A DNA stretch of 64,000 nt from assembly GCA_965240325.2 (NCBI GenBank), contig OZ251229.1:2170001-2234000 (forward strand), in the 5' to 3' direction. The stretch is from Rebecca billardiae RCC1528 (lineage: Eukaryota > Protista > Haptophyta). The position numbers and the translations under genes were made by a program. The notes beneath the pieces were generated by a model. The model was not told the DNA's origin. It saw only the letters and a program-made list of their open reading frames with translations, and ran no database searches. How positions within the stretch are numbered: the first letter of the stretch is position 1; each line of letters opens with the position of its first letter. Of this stretch, positions 19,901-32,725 are shown in pieces.

Positions 19901-22463
19901 CGGCGGAGGCGGCGGCGGTCGCGGGCGCCGCCGCCTCCACGCCCACGCCCATCTTCGTCGCCAGGTCCGACCAGAACTCCGGGTACGTCTTGTCGACGCA
20001 CGCGGCGTCGAGCAACGTGACGCCGGGCACGGCGCAGCCGAGCGTTGCAAAGGACATCGCAATCCGGTGGTCCTTGTAGCAGTGGATGCGCGCGGGGCGG
20101 AAGGCGGAGGGGTGCATGCCGGTGACGCGCACGCCGTCCGCCGTCTCCTCGCACTTCACGCCCAGCTTGCGCAGCTCCGTCACCGTCGCCTCGATCCGGT
20201 TGCACTCCTTCACGCGCTGGTTTGCCACGCCGGAGATTGTCGAGGTGCCGTCCGCGACCGCGGCGAGCGCCGCGGCCGTCATGAACGCGTCAGTCATCGA
20301 CTCCATGTCCAGGTCGAAGGGCTTGAGGCGCACGCCGGCGGGCGGGCCCGTGACGCGCGTCTCGCGCTCGGTCTGCTCCACCTTGCACCCCATCGTCTCG
20401 CACAGCGAGTAGAACGCCGCGTCGCCCTGCGTCGACTTGGAGCCGATCGCCTCGGCGACGACGGTGCCCCCGGAGATGGCGGCGATCGCAAGCGGGTACG
20501 TTGCGCTGGAGGCGTCGGCCTCGACCTCGACGAGGGGCGGGTTGACGTAGGTGCCCTTGGGCACGCGGTACGTCGTGCTCCCCTCGCGCTCCACCTGCAC
20601 GCCGAACTCCGCCATCAGCTGCACCGTCATCTCGATGTACTGCTGCGAGACTGGCGCCTCGGGAAGGCTTAGCACGACGGGCGCGCGCGCGTACGGCGCC
20701 GACAGCAGTACTGATGAGACGAACTGCGACGAGACCTTGCCCGAGAGGCTGACCTGCCCGCCGGGGAGGCCGCGCGCGCGCACGACGATCGGCAGCGAGT
20801 TCGACGACTCGAGGTGCTCGATGTCGCACCCGATCGCGCGCAGCGCCGACGTGAGGTCGCCAATCGGCCGCTCCTTCATACGAGGGTCACCCGTGAGAGT
20901 CGTGCCAGGCGCGCCCTTCGCCTCGATCAGCGCGCACGTGGAGGTGAGGAAGCGCGAGGCGGTGCCCGCGTTGCCCAGGTACAGCGGCTTGTCCGTCGAC
21001 GGGCGCAGCCGCCCGCCGCACCCGTCCACGCGCAGCACCTCGCCGCCCTCCTCCCATGCAAATTTGGCGTCGGAGATGAGCTGCAGCGCGGTCAGCATCA
21101 CGTGAGTGTCGTCCGAGTGGAGCAGCCCGCGCAGGCGGCACGGCCCCTTGCCGAGGGCGGCCATGAGGAGCACGCGGTTCGAGATGGACTTGGAGCCGGG
21201 CACGCGCACGCGGAAGTCGAGCGAGCCGTACGCCGGCGGCACCACCGTCAGCGCGCTCGCCAGCAGCCGCTCGAGGTGCGCGATGGCCACGGGCTGAGGC
21301 GTGTCGTGTGAGCTGCCGATACCCGTCACAATCGTGCAGCGCACGGCGCCCGCGGCGTTCTTCTTGTCGAGCTTCATCTTGTCGAGCAGCGCGCTCACCT
21401 CGAGCCCCGGCGGCAGCGCGGTGGGCAGCCCCAGCGCCTTGAGGCACCGCGTGATCCGCCCCACCGCCGCGGTGGTCAGCTCGCCCAGGTCGCGCGCGAG
21501 CGCCGCCTCGATCACCATGCCGATCGACACGCACTCGCCGTGCAGCAGCGCGGGCGACATGAGCGCCTCGATGGCGTGGCCGACGGTGTGCCCGAAGTTG
21601 AGGGTGGAGCGCAGCCCCGTCTCCTTCTCGTCGAGCGCCACCACCTCCGCCTTCAGCCGGATCGCCTCGCCCGTCGCGTGCGCCACCGCGTCCGGCTCCA
21701 GCTCAAGCAGCTCCTTGGCCGCCGCCTCCACAGCCTCAAAGAGGGGCGCGCAGCGGATGACGCCCATCTTGACGACCTCGGCGAGGCCCTCTGCGACCTC
21801 GCGCCTGCCGAGCGAGCGCAGCAGGTCGACGTCCGCGAAGACGCGCCGCGGCTGATGGAACGCGCCGATCAGGTTCTTGCCCGCGGGCACGTTGACGGCC
21901 GTCTTACCGCCGACGGACGAGTCTACGATGGCCATCATCGAGGTGGGCACCTGGAAGACGGGCACGCCGCGGAGGTAGGTTGCGCTGACGAAGCCGCTCA
22001 GGTCGCCCACCACGCCGCCGCCCAGCGCCACCACGCACGTGTCGCGCACGCAGCGGTTGGCGAGCATGAAGTCCTCGACCGCCTCCTTCACGCGCCGGTC
22101 CTTGGACTTCTCGCCGGGCGCGATGGCGTAGTGCAGCGGCGTGATGCCGCGCTTGGCGAACGCGGCAACGAGCTGCTCGCCGTACAGCCCCCACACCGTC
22201 TCGTCGCTCAGGATCACGTACTTGCTCGCCTTGAAGCCGTCCGCCTCGAGCGCGGCCGCAATCTCGTCCGGCACGCGCGCAAACAGCCCGCGGCCGACGA
22301 CCACCTCGCTGCCGCCCACGACGGGGATGCGGCGGAGGCCGTCGGAGCCCACGGTGGCGCGTGGCTGCTTGGCGCTCGGGCCCTCCTCCGATGTCGACGG
22401 GCCTGCCGCCGCCTTGGGCGGCGTCGCGCCCTTGCGCGGCGACACGCGGCGCTTGGGAGCCAT
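16979..22463 (-). CDS. ARO1: Pentafunctional AROM polypeptide (DHQ synthase-EPSP synthase-shikimate kinase-type I DHQase-shikimate dehydrogenase); exons 22463-18888, 18670-18532, 18357-17917, 17721-17444, 17335-16979
   Basis: DHQS: LGGGVVGDLSGF, DSSVGGKTAVN, LNFGHTVGHAIE. EPSPS: PGSKSISNR, LGNAGTASRFL, SSQFVS, RVKECNRI, DHRIAMSF. SK: GMRASGKT, STGGGVVE. DHQase: LELRAD, FTLRSKGEGG, APGQL. SDH: SPSPAMHN, SVTIPLK, GAVNT, GDNTDWIG, LGGGGTARA. Confidence 0.96.
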
Positions 22464-22756
22464 GATGACGAGCACAGGGCAGGCAATCAGCCGACGACGG
22501 CCAGCGGGCCACGCGCCCAGCTCGCGAGGGAGAGCCGCACGGGTGCGCAGGATCGGGATGTCGGAGCGCAAATCTGAATGCAGCGCTTGTGACCTTGTCG
22601 ACCGACTGTTTGCGGTGGTCCGGACCACCCGTTCCCGGATTCTCACCGCTCCCACGACTCACGAGCCCAGAAAGGGCGGGACCCTGACGTTTGAGGCCCC
22701 AATCCGCCCCGCCCACGGAGCCCTCCCGCCCTTCCCGCCGCCGCGCACCACACACC

Positions 22757-25011
22757 ATGGTGACGGCGAGCCAGCTGCTCGCGGCACCGTCGGCGAGCGA
22801 CCGGAGCTCGGCGGCCAGCATTCCCGCTGACCGCACCTCGAACCTCTCCTCCACCCCCTCGCGCTCGAGCCGCTTGTCCGTCACGCGCGCGTCGGTCGCA
22901 TCCAACGTCAAGCGCGCGAGCACGACCGCGCGGATGACGCTGCTGGACACCGCGCGCAGCTCGCTGCTGTACGCGGTGTCCGCGCTGGGCTGGGCGATCC
23001 TCATGTGCCTCCCCTCCCTCGCGCTCATCGGCGCGCGCTACCCGCTGCTCAATGCGTGGGGGTGGTCGCTCATCAAGCACGACCCACTGCTGGAGCACCC
23101 GCCCAACCCGGAGTACCACCTCGGCGGCGCGCCCGCGTCAGCCGCGGACATCCCAAGCGAGCACTTCACGCTGGGCTGGCTCGCGCACCTCGAGGAGGGC
23201 GTCGAGGTCAACACGCAGCTCCTCGCCGCCCTCATGTTCGTCGTGCTGCACGTGACGCTCACGCACGCGAAGGCGGCCGAGCAGGAGTTTCGGTCGGTGC
23301 GCAAGCTCGTGCTGATGTCGGCGGCGCCGCTGATGGTCACGCAGATGGTCGGCCGCGTGCTCTCGTTCTCAAGCCCCATGCTCGCCACCGCGCTCATCTG
23401 GCTCCCCGCGTGGTTCGTCCTTGTGATGGTCGGCCGGCGGTGCAGCGAGCCGCTCGGGTGCAACAACTTCTTCTGGTGCCTGAGTTTCGAGCACGCGGGC
23501 TTCTGGCTGCTCGGCATCTGCTACATGTACGTGCTCGTGCCGCTCGTGATGGTCTCGCAGCCCGGCCGGCAGGTGGTCTACCTCGTCATCGCCCTCCCCG
23601 TGATCAAGACCGCGGCGACCATGACCTCCCGCTTCGGCGGCTTCTGCGCGACCGGGCTGCCCGCAGAGCACAAGATGGTCTTCGGCCTGATCGTGCCCTG
23701 TGCGCGCACGGGGCCAGCGCGGCGAGGGGCGGGGGGGGGGGGCGAGAGTGGGGGGCGTGGCGGCGGGGCGATACGCGAGGGCGACACCACTCACGCACCC
23801 AGTGCATTGCCACGTACACCCTGCTGCGCACGCTCCCGCGCTGACACGCGCCCCGGCGCGCCCGCGGCGCGGCGCGCGCGGCTGTGCCCGCCTGCCTACA
23901 GGTGTGTCTGGCTTCACCGGCCGCATGCTCATCGCCACCGTGCCCTCGCGGACGGCGCGTGGCATCACCGTGTTGCTCACTGCCGCAACGGCCGTGCTGA
24001 TGCGCGTGCAGGAGTCCGTCCGGTGCGGCCGCGCTCTACGCCCGCCGCCGCCGCGCGCGCGCGCGCACATCAAGGCTCATGTGCGCCGGGTGTCGCCGCG
24101 CGCCGCCGCACGCGCGCGTGCACCCGCACACCTGCACACGCGCAGCGAGAAGAACATCGGCAAGTACAAGATCGCCATCCGCTCGTGGCTCGAGCGGCAC
24201 ACGGCCAAGCACCAGGCGGCGCGCGCGGCCAAGCGCGGGCTGAAGCCGCCCAAGCAGCAGCTGCCGGGCTCGCCCGCCACCCTGCCCACGCTCGTCATGT
24301 CCTCCGCCAAGGTGGCTGACGTGGAGAGCGCCCCAACTGCCGGCGCGCCGGCGGGGGCTGGCTCCGCCGAGGCCGTGGACGGTGCCAGCACGCCTACGGC
24401 CGACAGCGCCGGTGCACAGATCGCGCTCCCGGAGCCAGCCGCGCCGGACGCGACCGCCGCCAAGCCCAAGCCTGCGCCCAACCCGTGAGCGCCGCGCCGC
24501 GCCCGTGCGCACACGGCTGCGCGCGCCCGCTCGCGGCCAATGCGCCCGCGCGCGTGCGCTGACGCGCCCCGCCCCCACGTCGCCCCCTTCTGCCGCGCGC
24601 GCCCCGCTCCGCAGCAAGCTGATGGTGCACCAGTTCTTCATGGTGGAGAGTGAGTGCGAGATCGCCAATATTATCCTCGCCACCGTGGCCATGTACTTGT
24701 ACCGGATTGGGCACTCGCCCGAGCAGGTGGCGGATACGTCGGTGCCGCTGCTGCTGCTCGAGCTCTTCCTCACGCTCTCCATCGAGGTCGGCGTCGACGC
24801 GGTCAACGCCTCGTGGATGTACTTCTACGAGGGCTTCCGCTTCGAGCACAAGCACCTTGACACGTCGCACCGCATCACAATCACGGCGTTTATCATGATC
24901 GGCGTGACGGTGATGGCGCGCTTCACCTCGCCGTACACCGTCTGGTCAGCGCAGGGCATCAAGCCCGTCGTCTACCAGGGCGAGCTCTACTGGCAGTGGG
25001 CGTACGAGTGA
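22757..25011 (+). CDS. Multi-pass membrane protein of unknown function; exons 22757-23699, 23902-about 24022, 24146-24484, 24615-25011
   Basis: Hydrophobic ORF segments joined in frame by three GT-AG introns. The donor of intron 2 is ambiguous (24014 or 24023). Confidence 0.72.
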
Positions 25012-25401
25012 GTGTGTGGGCCCTCCAGCCGCCAGCGACCGCCATTGCGCCGCGCGCGCTCTGTGCTCGCGCCGCTGGCGATCGCCTTCGCGCCGCACGC
25101 GCGCTCACGCACAGTCGCGGCGCAGCCCAGCCCGTCACGGAATGGGTCGCGCACACTCTGAAGATGCACCCTGCTGAGCATGACGTGTGCAGCCCGAGTT
25201 GCCCGCAGCCTCGCCCCGCCATGATATTGAGGAAGCCGGCGGCCATTGAATATCCGGCTATCGCGTGGAAGTGGCTCTGAATGTGCCAGGATGGCGGTCT
25301 TCCCGCGCGAGCCGCTCATTGGCTGCGGCGCGAGGATGAAGCTGCACCCTGAACTCTCGGCGGTCTCGAAGGCCCGCGCCCGGCCTCCGCTGGACGCCGC
25401 G

Positions 25402-28400
25402 ATGAGCCGCGCCGTCGCATCGACCCTGCTGCTCGCGTGCGGCGTGTGCGGGCTACATGCGGCGTCGCCCTGGGCGCGTCTGCATCCTGTCGTGCCGCGC
25501 ACGCCGCTCGGCTCGCGCCTGCGCTCGCGCGTCACTCTGTCGACCGTAGAGCGCACAGCTGCCGCGGAGCCCACACGCGCTGCCACCGCACCAGAGGGCG
25601 ATGACGGCGAGCAGCGCATCGTGCTCATCTCAGGCTTCGAGTCGTTCAACGTCGAGCTCTACCGCCAGTGCGCCGCCGAGCTCGCCGAGGCCATCCCGGG
25701 CGTGCGCGTCGACGTGTTCAGCGACCGCGACCTCACGGCACGCCGGGCGGAGGTTGAGACGGCGCTCGAGCGCGCGGACGCGTTCGTCGGTGCGCGCGCG
25801 CGCGCGCGCGCGATCGCGGCCGAGCGCCAGCATGCTGGCACGCCTGACCCGCGCCTGTGCGCCGCCTCTGCCTCTGCACGCCGCTGCGCCGCGTGCGCGG
25901 CGCTGCGCGCTGCGCGCGGCCGTGCGTCCTCGCGCGCCGCGGTGCGCTCCGGCGCAGGCTCGCTCCTGTTCGACTATGACGACGTCGAGTTCCTGCTGCC
26001 GCGCGTGGAGGCGGTGCGTGGCCCACGGCTGGTCTTCGAGTGCGCGACCGAGCTCATGGCCGCGAACCGAGTCGGCTCGTTCGAGATGGCGGGCTCGGAC
26101 GGCGCGTCGGCCGGCCCTCCGCCCGCCGTCAAGGCCGTCCTGAGCAAGTTCGGCTCCGGCAAGGAGGAGGACAAGCTGGCGGGGTACCTCAAGCTGCTCA
26201 AGGTGGGCCCGGAGCTGCTGTCGCTCGTGCCCGGCGAGAAGGCGTCGGACCTGCGCTCGTGGCTCACGGCCTACCGCTACTGGAACCAGGGCGGCAAGTC
26301 GAACGTGCGCGCCATGCTGACGATGCTGGCCCAGCAGCACTTGCTGCCTGCGAAGCGCGCGCAAGCGCCGCACGGGGGCGGCTCGGCCGACGGCGGCGGC
26401 GTGGAGGCGGCGCTGGCGGAGGTGGAGCTGCCCGCGCTGGTGGAGACGCCGGCGCTCGGGCTGCTCCACCCGCTCGCGCGGGGGCGCTACTTCGCCACGC
26501 CCGCGGAGTACGTGCGCTGGCGCGAGTCGGACGCGTGCGCGGCAGAGGCGGAGCGCGCTCGGTTCTCGCTCGCGCCGCCGGGCGCGCCGCGCGTCGCGGT
26601 GCTGCTGTTCCGCAAGCACGTGATCACGGAGCAGCCGTACATCCCGGCGCTGCTCGCGCAGCTCGAGGCCGAGGGCCTCTGCCCCGTCCCGATCTTCATC
26701 AACGGCGTAGAGGCTCACACGGTCGTGAGAGACCTTCTCACCTCCGAGCGCGAGCGCGAGGCGGTGCGCGCGGGCCGCGCGCGGTACGAGCCGAGCTTCG
26801 ACGCGGCGGGCGCGGCGACGGTCGACGCGGTGGTGAACACGATCGGCTTCCCGCTCGTCGGCGGCCCGGCCGGCTCGATGGAGGCCGGCCGCAACGTGCC
26901 CGTGGCCCAGCAGTTACTCTCGCAGCTTGATGTCCCATACATCGTCGCCGCGCCGCTGCTGCTGCAGGATCTGGTCTCGTGGAAGCGCGACGGCGTGCAG
27001 GGGCTGCAGTCGGTGGTGCTGTACGCGCTGCCCGAGCTCGACGGCGCGATCGACACGGTCGTGCTCGGCGGGCTGGCGGGCGACCGGATCGGACTGGTTC
27101 CGGAGCGCGTGCGCAAGCTGGCCGCGCGGCTCAAGGCTTGGGTCCGCCTTCGGCGCACGCCCAAGCAGGAGCGAAAGGTGCGGCGCTGCGCCCGCCGCGC
27201 TGCCCTCGGCGTGTCCTCCGCGCGGGCGCGTGCACTGGCCCGTGCTTGCGCCGCGCCGTGCACGCGACAAGCGCGCGGTTTGTGCGTGTGCCGCGCGCGC
27301 GCACGCGCACCCCTGGGCAGCGTCAACACGCGCGCCCGCACTGCGCGCGCGCACTCTCGCCTGCCTATGTTTGCTGCCCGCGGCCCGCGCGTGCGTGTGT
27401 TCCGCGCGCGTGGCCCGCTGCGACGCGCGCCGCAGCTCTCGGTCCTGCTGTACGGCTTCCCGCCCAACGTGGGCGCGGTCGGGACGGCGGCGCTGCTCAA
27501 CGTGCCGGCCTCACTCGAGCAACTGCTCGGCGGGCTTCACGCTGAAGGCTACGACCTCGGCGGCTGGGCAGACGACCCCGCGGCCAGCGGCGAGGCGCTC
27601 GTGGCGGCGCTCGCGCTGCTCACGCGCGACGACGCGATCGCGGCCGGCCCGTCGCGCATGGAGCAGCTGCTCGAGGCGGCGGCCGAGCGCGCGCGCGCGG
27701 GCGACAAGACAGTCAGCGCGGCGCTCGGCACGGACGGCGCCGGCCTGGGCGGCGCGCGCGTGCGCGCGGTCGAGCTGCGCGGCGCCGAGCTGCGGTCAGC
27801 GCTCGGGCCGACGCGGGCGGCGCAGCTCGAGAAGTGCTGGGGCGACCTCCGCGACCGCTCGCCCGGGCCCGGCGTGTCCGCGGACGGCGGGCTCGTGGTG
27901 GCAGGGCTTCAGATTGGCAACGTTTGGATCGGCGCGCGCGCGCCGCCCGACCACGGCCGCGGGTCGGCGTTTGCGCGCGCGCGCGCGCGGCAGCCGTCTT
28001 CGCCGCGGCCTGACGCCGCCGGCGCCCCGCGCCCCCGCCCGCCCGCCCTCGCGCGCGCGCGCGCGCGTGCAGGCGTGCAGCCGCTGCTCGGGCTGGAGGG
28101 CGACCCGATGCGGCTGCTCTTTGAGCGCGACCTCACGCCGCACCCGCAGTACGTAGCGTTCTACCACTGGCTGCGCTCGCCCCCGGAGCAGGGCGGGCTG
28201 GGCTCGCAGGCGCTGGTGCACTTTGGGATGCACGGTGCGGCGCGGCGGGGGCCGGAGAGGGTGCCACCCGGCGCCGAGCGAGCGCGCGAGCACAGCGCGC
28301 GCGCGCGGTGACGCGCACCCGCCATCTCCCCCACACACGCGCGCCCGGCGCGCGCGCGCGCGCGCGCGCTTGCGACCAGGCACTGTCGAGTGGCTGCCGG

Positions 28401-30613
28401 GGCAGCCGCTGGGCAATGACGCTCGCTCGTGGCCAGACACGCTGCTCGGCGACACGCCCAACCTGTACATCTACGCCGCCAACAACCCGAGCGAGTCCAC
28501 GCTGGCGAAGCGGCGCGGGTACGGCACGCTCGTCTCCCACAACGTGCCGCCGTACGGCCGCGCGGGACTGTACCTCGAGCTCGCGCAGCTGCGGGAGCTG
28601 GTGGACGAGTATCGGGCGGCGCGCGCGGCGGGCGGCGAGCAGGACGAGGCGGGCGCTGCGCTGCGCGCGCCGATCGCGAGCGCGGCGGCGCGCGCCGGGC
28701 TGCTCACGGAGGTGCCGTGGGAGGCGCCGGACGGCGCGGACGGCGCGCACGAGGCCGTAGCGCCGGCCGCGCTCTCCGCCGACGCCGACCCCGCCGACGC
28801 CGAGGACGAGTCGGAGCGGATCGCGGCCGCGCCGGGGTCGCAGTTTGACGCCTGGCTCGGCCGGCTGCTGGCCTATCTCGCCGAGCTGCAGAATCGGCTC
28901 TTCTCGAGCGGCCTGCACACGCTCGGGGCGACGCCGGGCGCGGAGGCGCTCGAGTGTTACCTGGAGGCGTACTGCGCGGGCAAGCTCTCACACGCCGCGG
29001 TGCGGGCGATCGCGGCGCTGCCGGCGGACGCGCCGCTCGGCGAGGCCGCGCGCGCCGAGGGCCTCACCGCGATTGAGGCGGAAGCGCTCCGTCAGGAGGC
29101 GGCCGCCGCCGCGCCGCCCAATGCGCTACAGTGGCTCATGGAGCAGCTGCAGGCATGGCAGCGAACGCTGGCGCCGGCTGACTCGGCCGACGCGGCCGAC
29201 GCCGGCGCGCCGCCCGCCGACGCCGACGCCGACGCCGTCTCCGACGCGAGGCGCGCGCTCGCGGACGCGCACGCGGTCCGCGCCCTCCTCGGCCGCTCGG
29301 CGGAGGAGCTCGGCTCGCTGCTCCGGGGGCTCGACGGCGGGTACGTGCCCGCCGCGCCGGGCGGCGACCTGCTGCGCGACGGCGCGGGCGTGCTGCCGAC
29401 CGGGCGCAACATCCACTCGCTCGATCCGTACCGCATGCCCTCCGAAGGCGCGTGGGCGCGCGGCCGGCTCGCCGCGCAGCGCATCCTCGAGCAGCACCGC
29501 GCGGCCAACCGCGGCGCCTACCCGGAGACGGTCGCGGTCACGATGTGGGGCCTCGACGCGATCAAGACGCGCGGCGAGTCGGTCGCGATCGCGCTCGAGC
29601 TCGTCGGCGCGCGGCCTGTGAAGGAGGGTACCGGCCGCGTCGTGCGCTTCGAGCTCGTCCCGCTCGCGGAGCTCGGCCGGCCGCGCGTCGACGTGCTCGC
29701 CTCCCTCTCCGGCATCTTCCGCGACTCCTTTGCCAACGTGGTCGACCTACTGGACGACCTGTTCGAGCGCGCGGCCGCGGCGGATGACGAGCCGGCCGAG
29801 CAGAACTTCGTCAAGAAGCACGCGGACGAGCTGCGCGCGCAGGGCGTGGAGCGGCCGGCCGCGCGGCTCTTCTCCAACCCGCCCGGCGACTACGGCTCAA
29901 TGGTCAACGAGCGCGTCGGCTCGGGCGAGTGGGAGCAGGCGGCCGAGCTGGGCGACACGTGGGCGTCGCGCAACGCCTACTCGTATGGCCGCGCCGAGCG
30001 CTCGGCCGACGGAACGGCGCGCGCGCCCGGCGCCGCGCGCCCCGAGGTGCTCGACAAGCTGCTCTCGACGACCGAGCGCGTCGTGCAGGAGGTCGACTCC
30101 GTCGAGTACGGGCTGACGGACATCCAGGAGTACTACGCCAACACGGGCGCGCTCAAGGTGGCGGCGGAGCAGCGCGGCGGGCGCGAGCGCGTCGCCGTCT
30201 CGATCGTCGAGGCGTTCGCCGGCGGCGACGACGTGCGCCCGCGCGACCTCGAGCAGACGCTGCGCCTCGAGTACCGCTCGAAGCTGCTCAACCCGAAGTG
30301 GGCGGAGGCGATGGCGGCGCAGGGCGCGGGCGGCGCGTACGAGGTGTCTCAGCGCATGACGGCGATGGTCGGCTGGGCCGCCACCTCGCGCGTCGACAAG
30401 TTCGTCTTCGACGGCGCCGCGGAACGGTACGCGCTCGACGCGGAGATGGCCGCGAGGCTGCAGCGCGCCAACCCGGAGGCCTTCAAGAACGTCGTGCGCC
30501 GGCTGCTCGAGGCGGCCGGCCGCGGGCTGTGGGACGCGGAGGAGGACGTTGTCGACCGCCTCAAGGAGCTGTATGAGGAGGCCGACGACCTCGTCGAGGG
30601 CGTCGGCACGTAA
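25402..30613 (+). CDS. chlH: Magnesium chelatase H subunit (CobN/ChlH family, second 'ChlH2/BchH-like' type) with plastid-targeting presequence; exons 25402-25789, 25958-27177, 27436-27931, 28073-28234, 28380-30613
   Basis: Motifs RIVLISGFESFN, TIGFPLVGGPAG, LPELDGAID, YGFPP, GVQPLLGLEGDPMRLLF, HFGMHGTVEWLPG, YAANNPSE, LPTGRNIH, LSGIFRD and RSKLLNPKW. N-terminal signal peptide MSRAVASTLLLACGVCG. Confidence 0.94.
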
Positions 30614-30806
30614 GCCTCGCGCAGCTGTTTCTTACTACTCTGCCGATTTGTGGCACCGCGCGGCGGTGCCATCAATCAGAGTCGTCAGGATCAGAATCAC
30701 GGTTCATGCCGTGTGACGACGCGCCACGTCGTCTGCTACCCCATTCTCTCATCCGTCATGCATCCGTGGCACTCATGGCACCACTGTGATTGCTCATCGT
30801 CATTAG

Positions 30807-32180
30807 TTAGTAGACGGCGCGGAGCAGCGCGTCGCCCGCAGTATCAGCAGCGTCATCGTCGTACAGGTCCAACAAGGTGTACTCCCGTGCGGGCGCATAC
30901 CTGCCCGCAGCACCGATCGCTACGCACAGCTCGCGATGCGAGGCCGGGCCGGGGAGTGCGCCGCACAGCTCGGCCAGCTTGGCTCGACGATCGATGCCCG
31001 GTGCAGATACCATGATGCCGCGTCGCGTGGCGTAGCCGTCGACGCAGGCGAGGCGGGAAGCGACGGTGGGCGCAAGAGCGCACTGCCGCCCGTCAGAGTG
31101 CAACACGGAGCTCGGCCCGTTCCCCACATACTGGCCCAGCATATTCCAGCAGCTGGTGACCGCGGCCGCCGTCGCTGCAAACGTGGCTTCTGCGCACAGG
31201 TCCGCGAGCGTGTGCGCATCCAGCGGATCGGGGCGCGCCACAGCATCCCCGGGCTCGCAGCGCACCACCGCGCCGATCGGCGTGCGCAGGCAGGCGGGCG
31301 CCAGGCCACACTTGGCGCAGCGCGCCCACCGACGCGCGACGCCATAGAAGAAGCAGCTTCGCCGCGCGAGTGCGTGCATCGGCGCGCGCGCGCAGAGCTG
31401 CACCGCCTCGTCGTACGTGAGCTTTGCAGCGCTGATCGCGCGACCGTCGGGCGCATGTGCGGCACCGTGGCGGACCTGAGGGTGGAAGGCCTCCATCAGC
31501 ACGCCGCTGGCACACGCGGTCGTCATCGAGCGCGGCGTTGGGAGCCGGGATGCGAGCGGACCGGCGCACAGCTCGATCGCGCCCATGAACGAAAACCGTC
31601 CCGACTGCAGCAGCCCGTGGCCGACTGCGTGCATCACGCCGATCTGCGAGTACAGCGCGAGCGCGGGGATTCGCTCGTCGAGGACGAAAGCGGCGAGTGA
31701 GTCTGCCAAGTGGCTGAGCGCCGAGAGCGACGAGCCATTCGGCGAGGCGGCCTCAAGGAGCGCTCGGATGTGCGCGCTCGCAACCCCGTGGAAGCAGCCG
31801 GCTGCGCACCGCCAGCCACATGCGCCCAGCGCGGCATCGAGGCTACCGCCGGCCTCGTGGTACACGCGGCGGCCGACGGCGTGAAGCTCGTCGTGGCAGT
31901 CCGGCTTCTGCCACTGCACGAAGCCCAGCACGTGCCGCGCGCCGCCGAGCGCACGCTCGGCATGCAGGATGCGCATGTCCGTCGTGTGCGGCACCCGGTC
32001 GAGCCCAAGCTGGTGCCAGCGCGCGCGCTCGGCGCTGGTGGGCGTGGCGTAGCCGCGCGTCGTCGCGCGACGCGCCTCGAGCTCCGCTTCGAGCTTCGAG
32101 TCATTCAGCATCGCCGCAGTCGTGAGCGCAACAAAGGTCGTCCAGCTCCGAGGCTTGGAAGGCATCGTCTGCGAGTTCAC
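30807..32180 (-). CDS. Single-exon secreted or anchored Cys/His-motif protein of unknown function
   Basis: 457 aa ORF with a hydrophobic N-terminus and motifs DCHDELHAVGR, CAAGCFHGV, MHAVGHGL and CASGVLME. Confidence 0.7.
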   Translation of the reverse strand: MNSQTMPSKPRSWTTFVALTTAAMLNDSKLEAELEARRATTRGYATPTSAERARWHQLGLDRVPHTTDMRILHAERALGGARHVLGFVQWQKPDCHDELHAVGRRVYHEAGGSLDAALGACGWRCAAGCFHGVASAHIRALLEAASPNGSSLSALSHLADSLAAFVLDERIPALALYSQIGVMHAVGHGLLQSGRFSFMGAIELCAGPLASRLPTPRSMTTACASGVLMEAFHPQVRHGAAHAPDGRAISAAKLTYDEAVQLCARAPMHALARRSCFFYGVARRWARCAKCGLAPACLRTPIGAVVRCEPGDAVARPDPLDAHTLADLCAEATFAATAAAVTSCWNMLGQYVGNGPSSVLHSDGRQCALAPTVASRLACVDGYATRRGIMVSAPGIDRRAKLAELCGALPGPASHRELCVAIGAAGRYAPAREYTLLDLYDDDAADTAGDALLRAVY

Positions 32181-32725
32181 GCGAGCGAGCTGGCTCTCTG
32201 CAGCGGAGCTGGCGTGCTACGTGCACACTCGGCTCACGCGCTACGACTCGTCGCCTGCCCACCCACCAGCCGGCGTTGACGACGTCAAGAGCGATTGCCG
32301 CCGCCACTTTCCGCCACAACACAAGGCTTCTATCATAACCACGCCAAACAATTTCGACCCTACGGGGGCATACCCGTAACTTATACACACTCGTCGGGAG
32401 ATCAGTGAATAGATGATAGAGGATCCACACGGGACTGGCCTGACCGCCTGATTATGAGGGTTTAAATAAGGCCCTCCGATTAATATGGCTACCTCAGCCG
32501 AGTGTGCGCATTATTATGAAACTCGGAGAGTAGAATGTGATTGTGAATCATCATATGAACAGATTCAGTGTCAAATTAGTCGCCATCAAAACTTGGTCAC
32601 GAGGTAGTTCTCGATCGCCACCGGCGCGGCACCGGCGCGCCGGTTCGGCCATCGGAATTGGAACCGCTGTATGGACAGTTTGGAAGCCGCATCTCCCCCT
32701 GCCCCGTGGCAAGTTGCCCGTGGTC

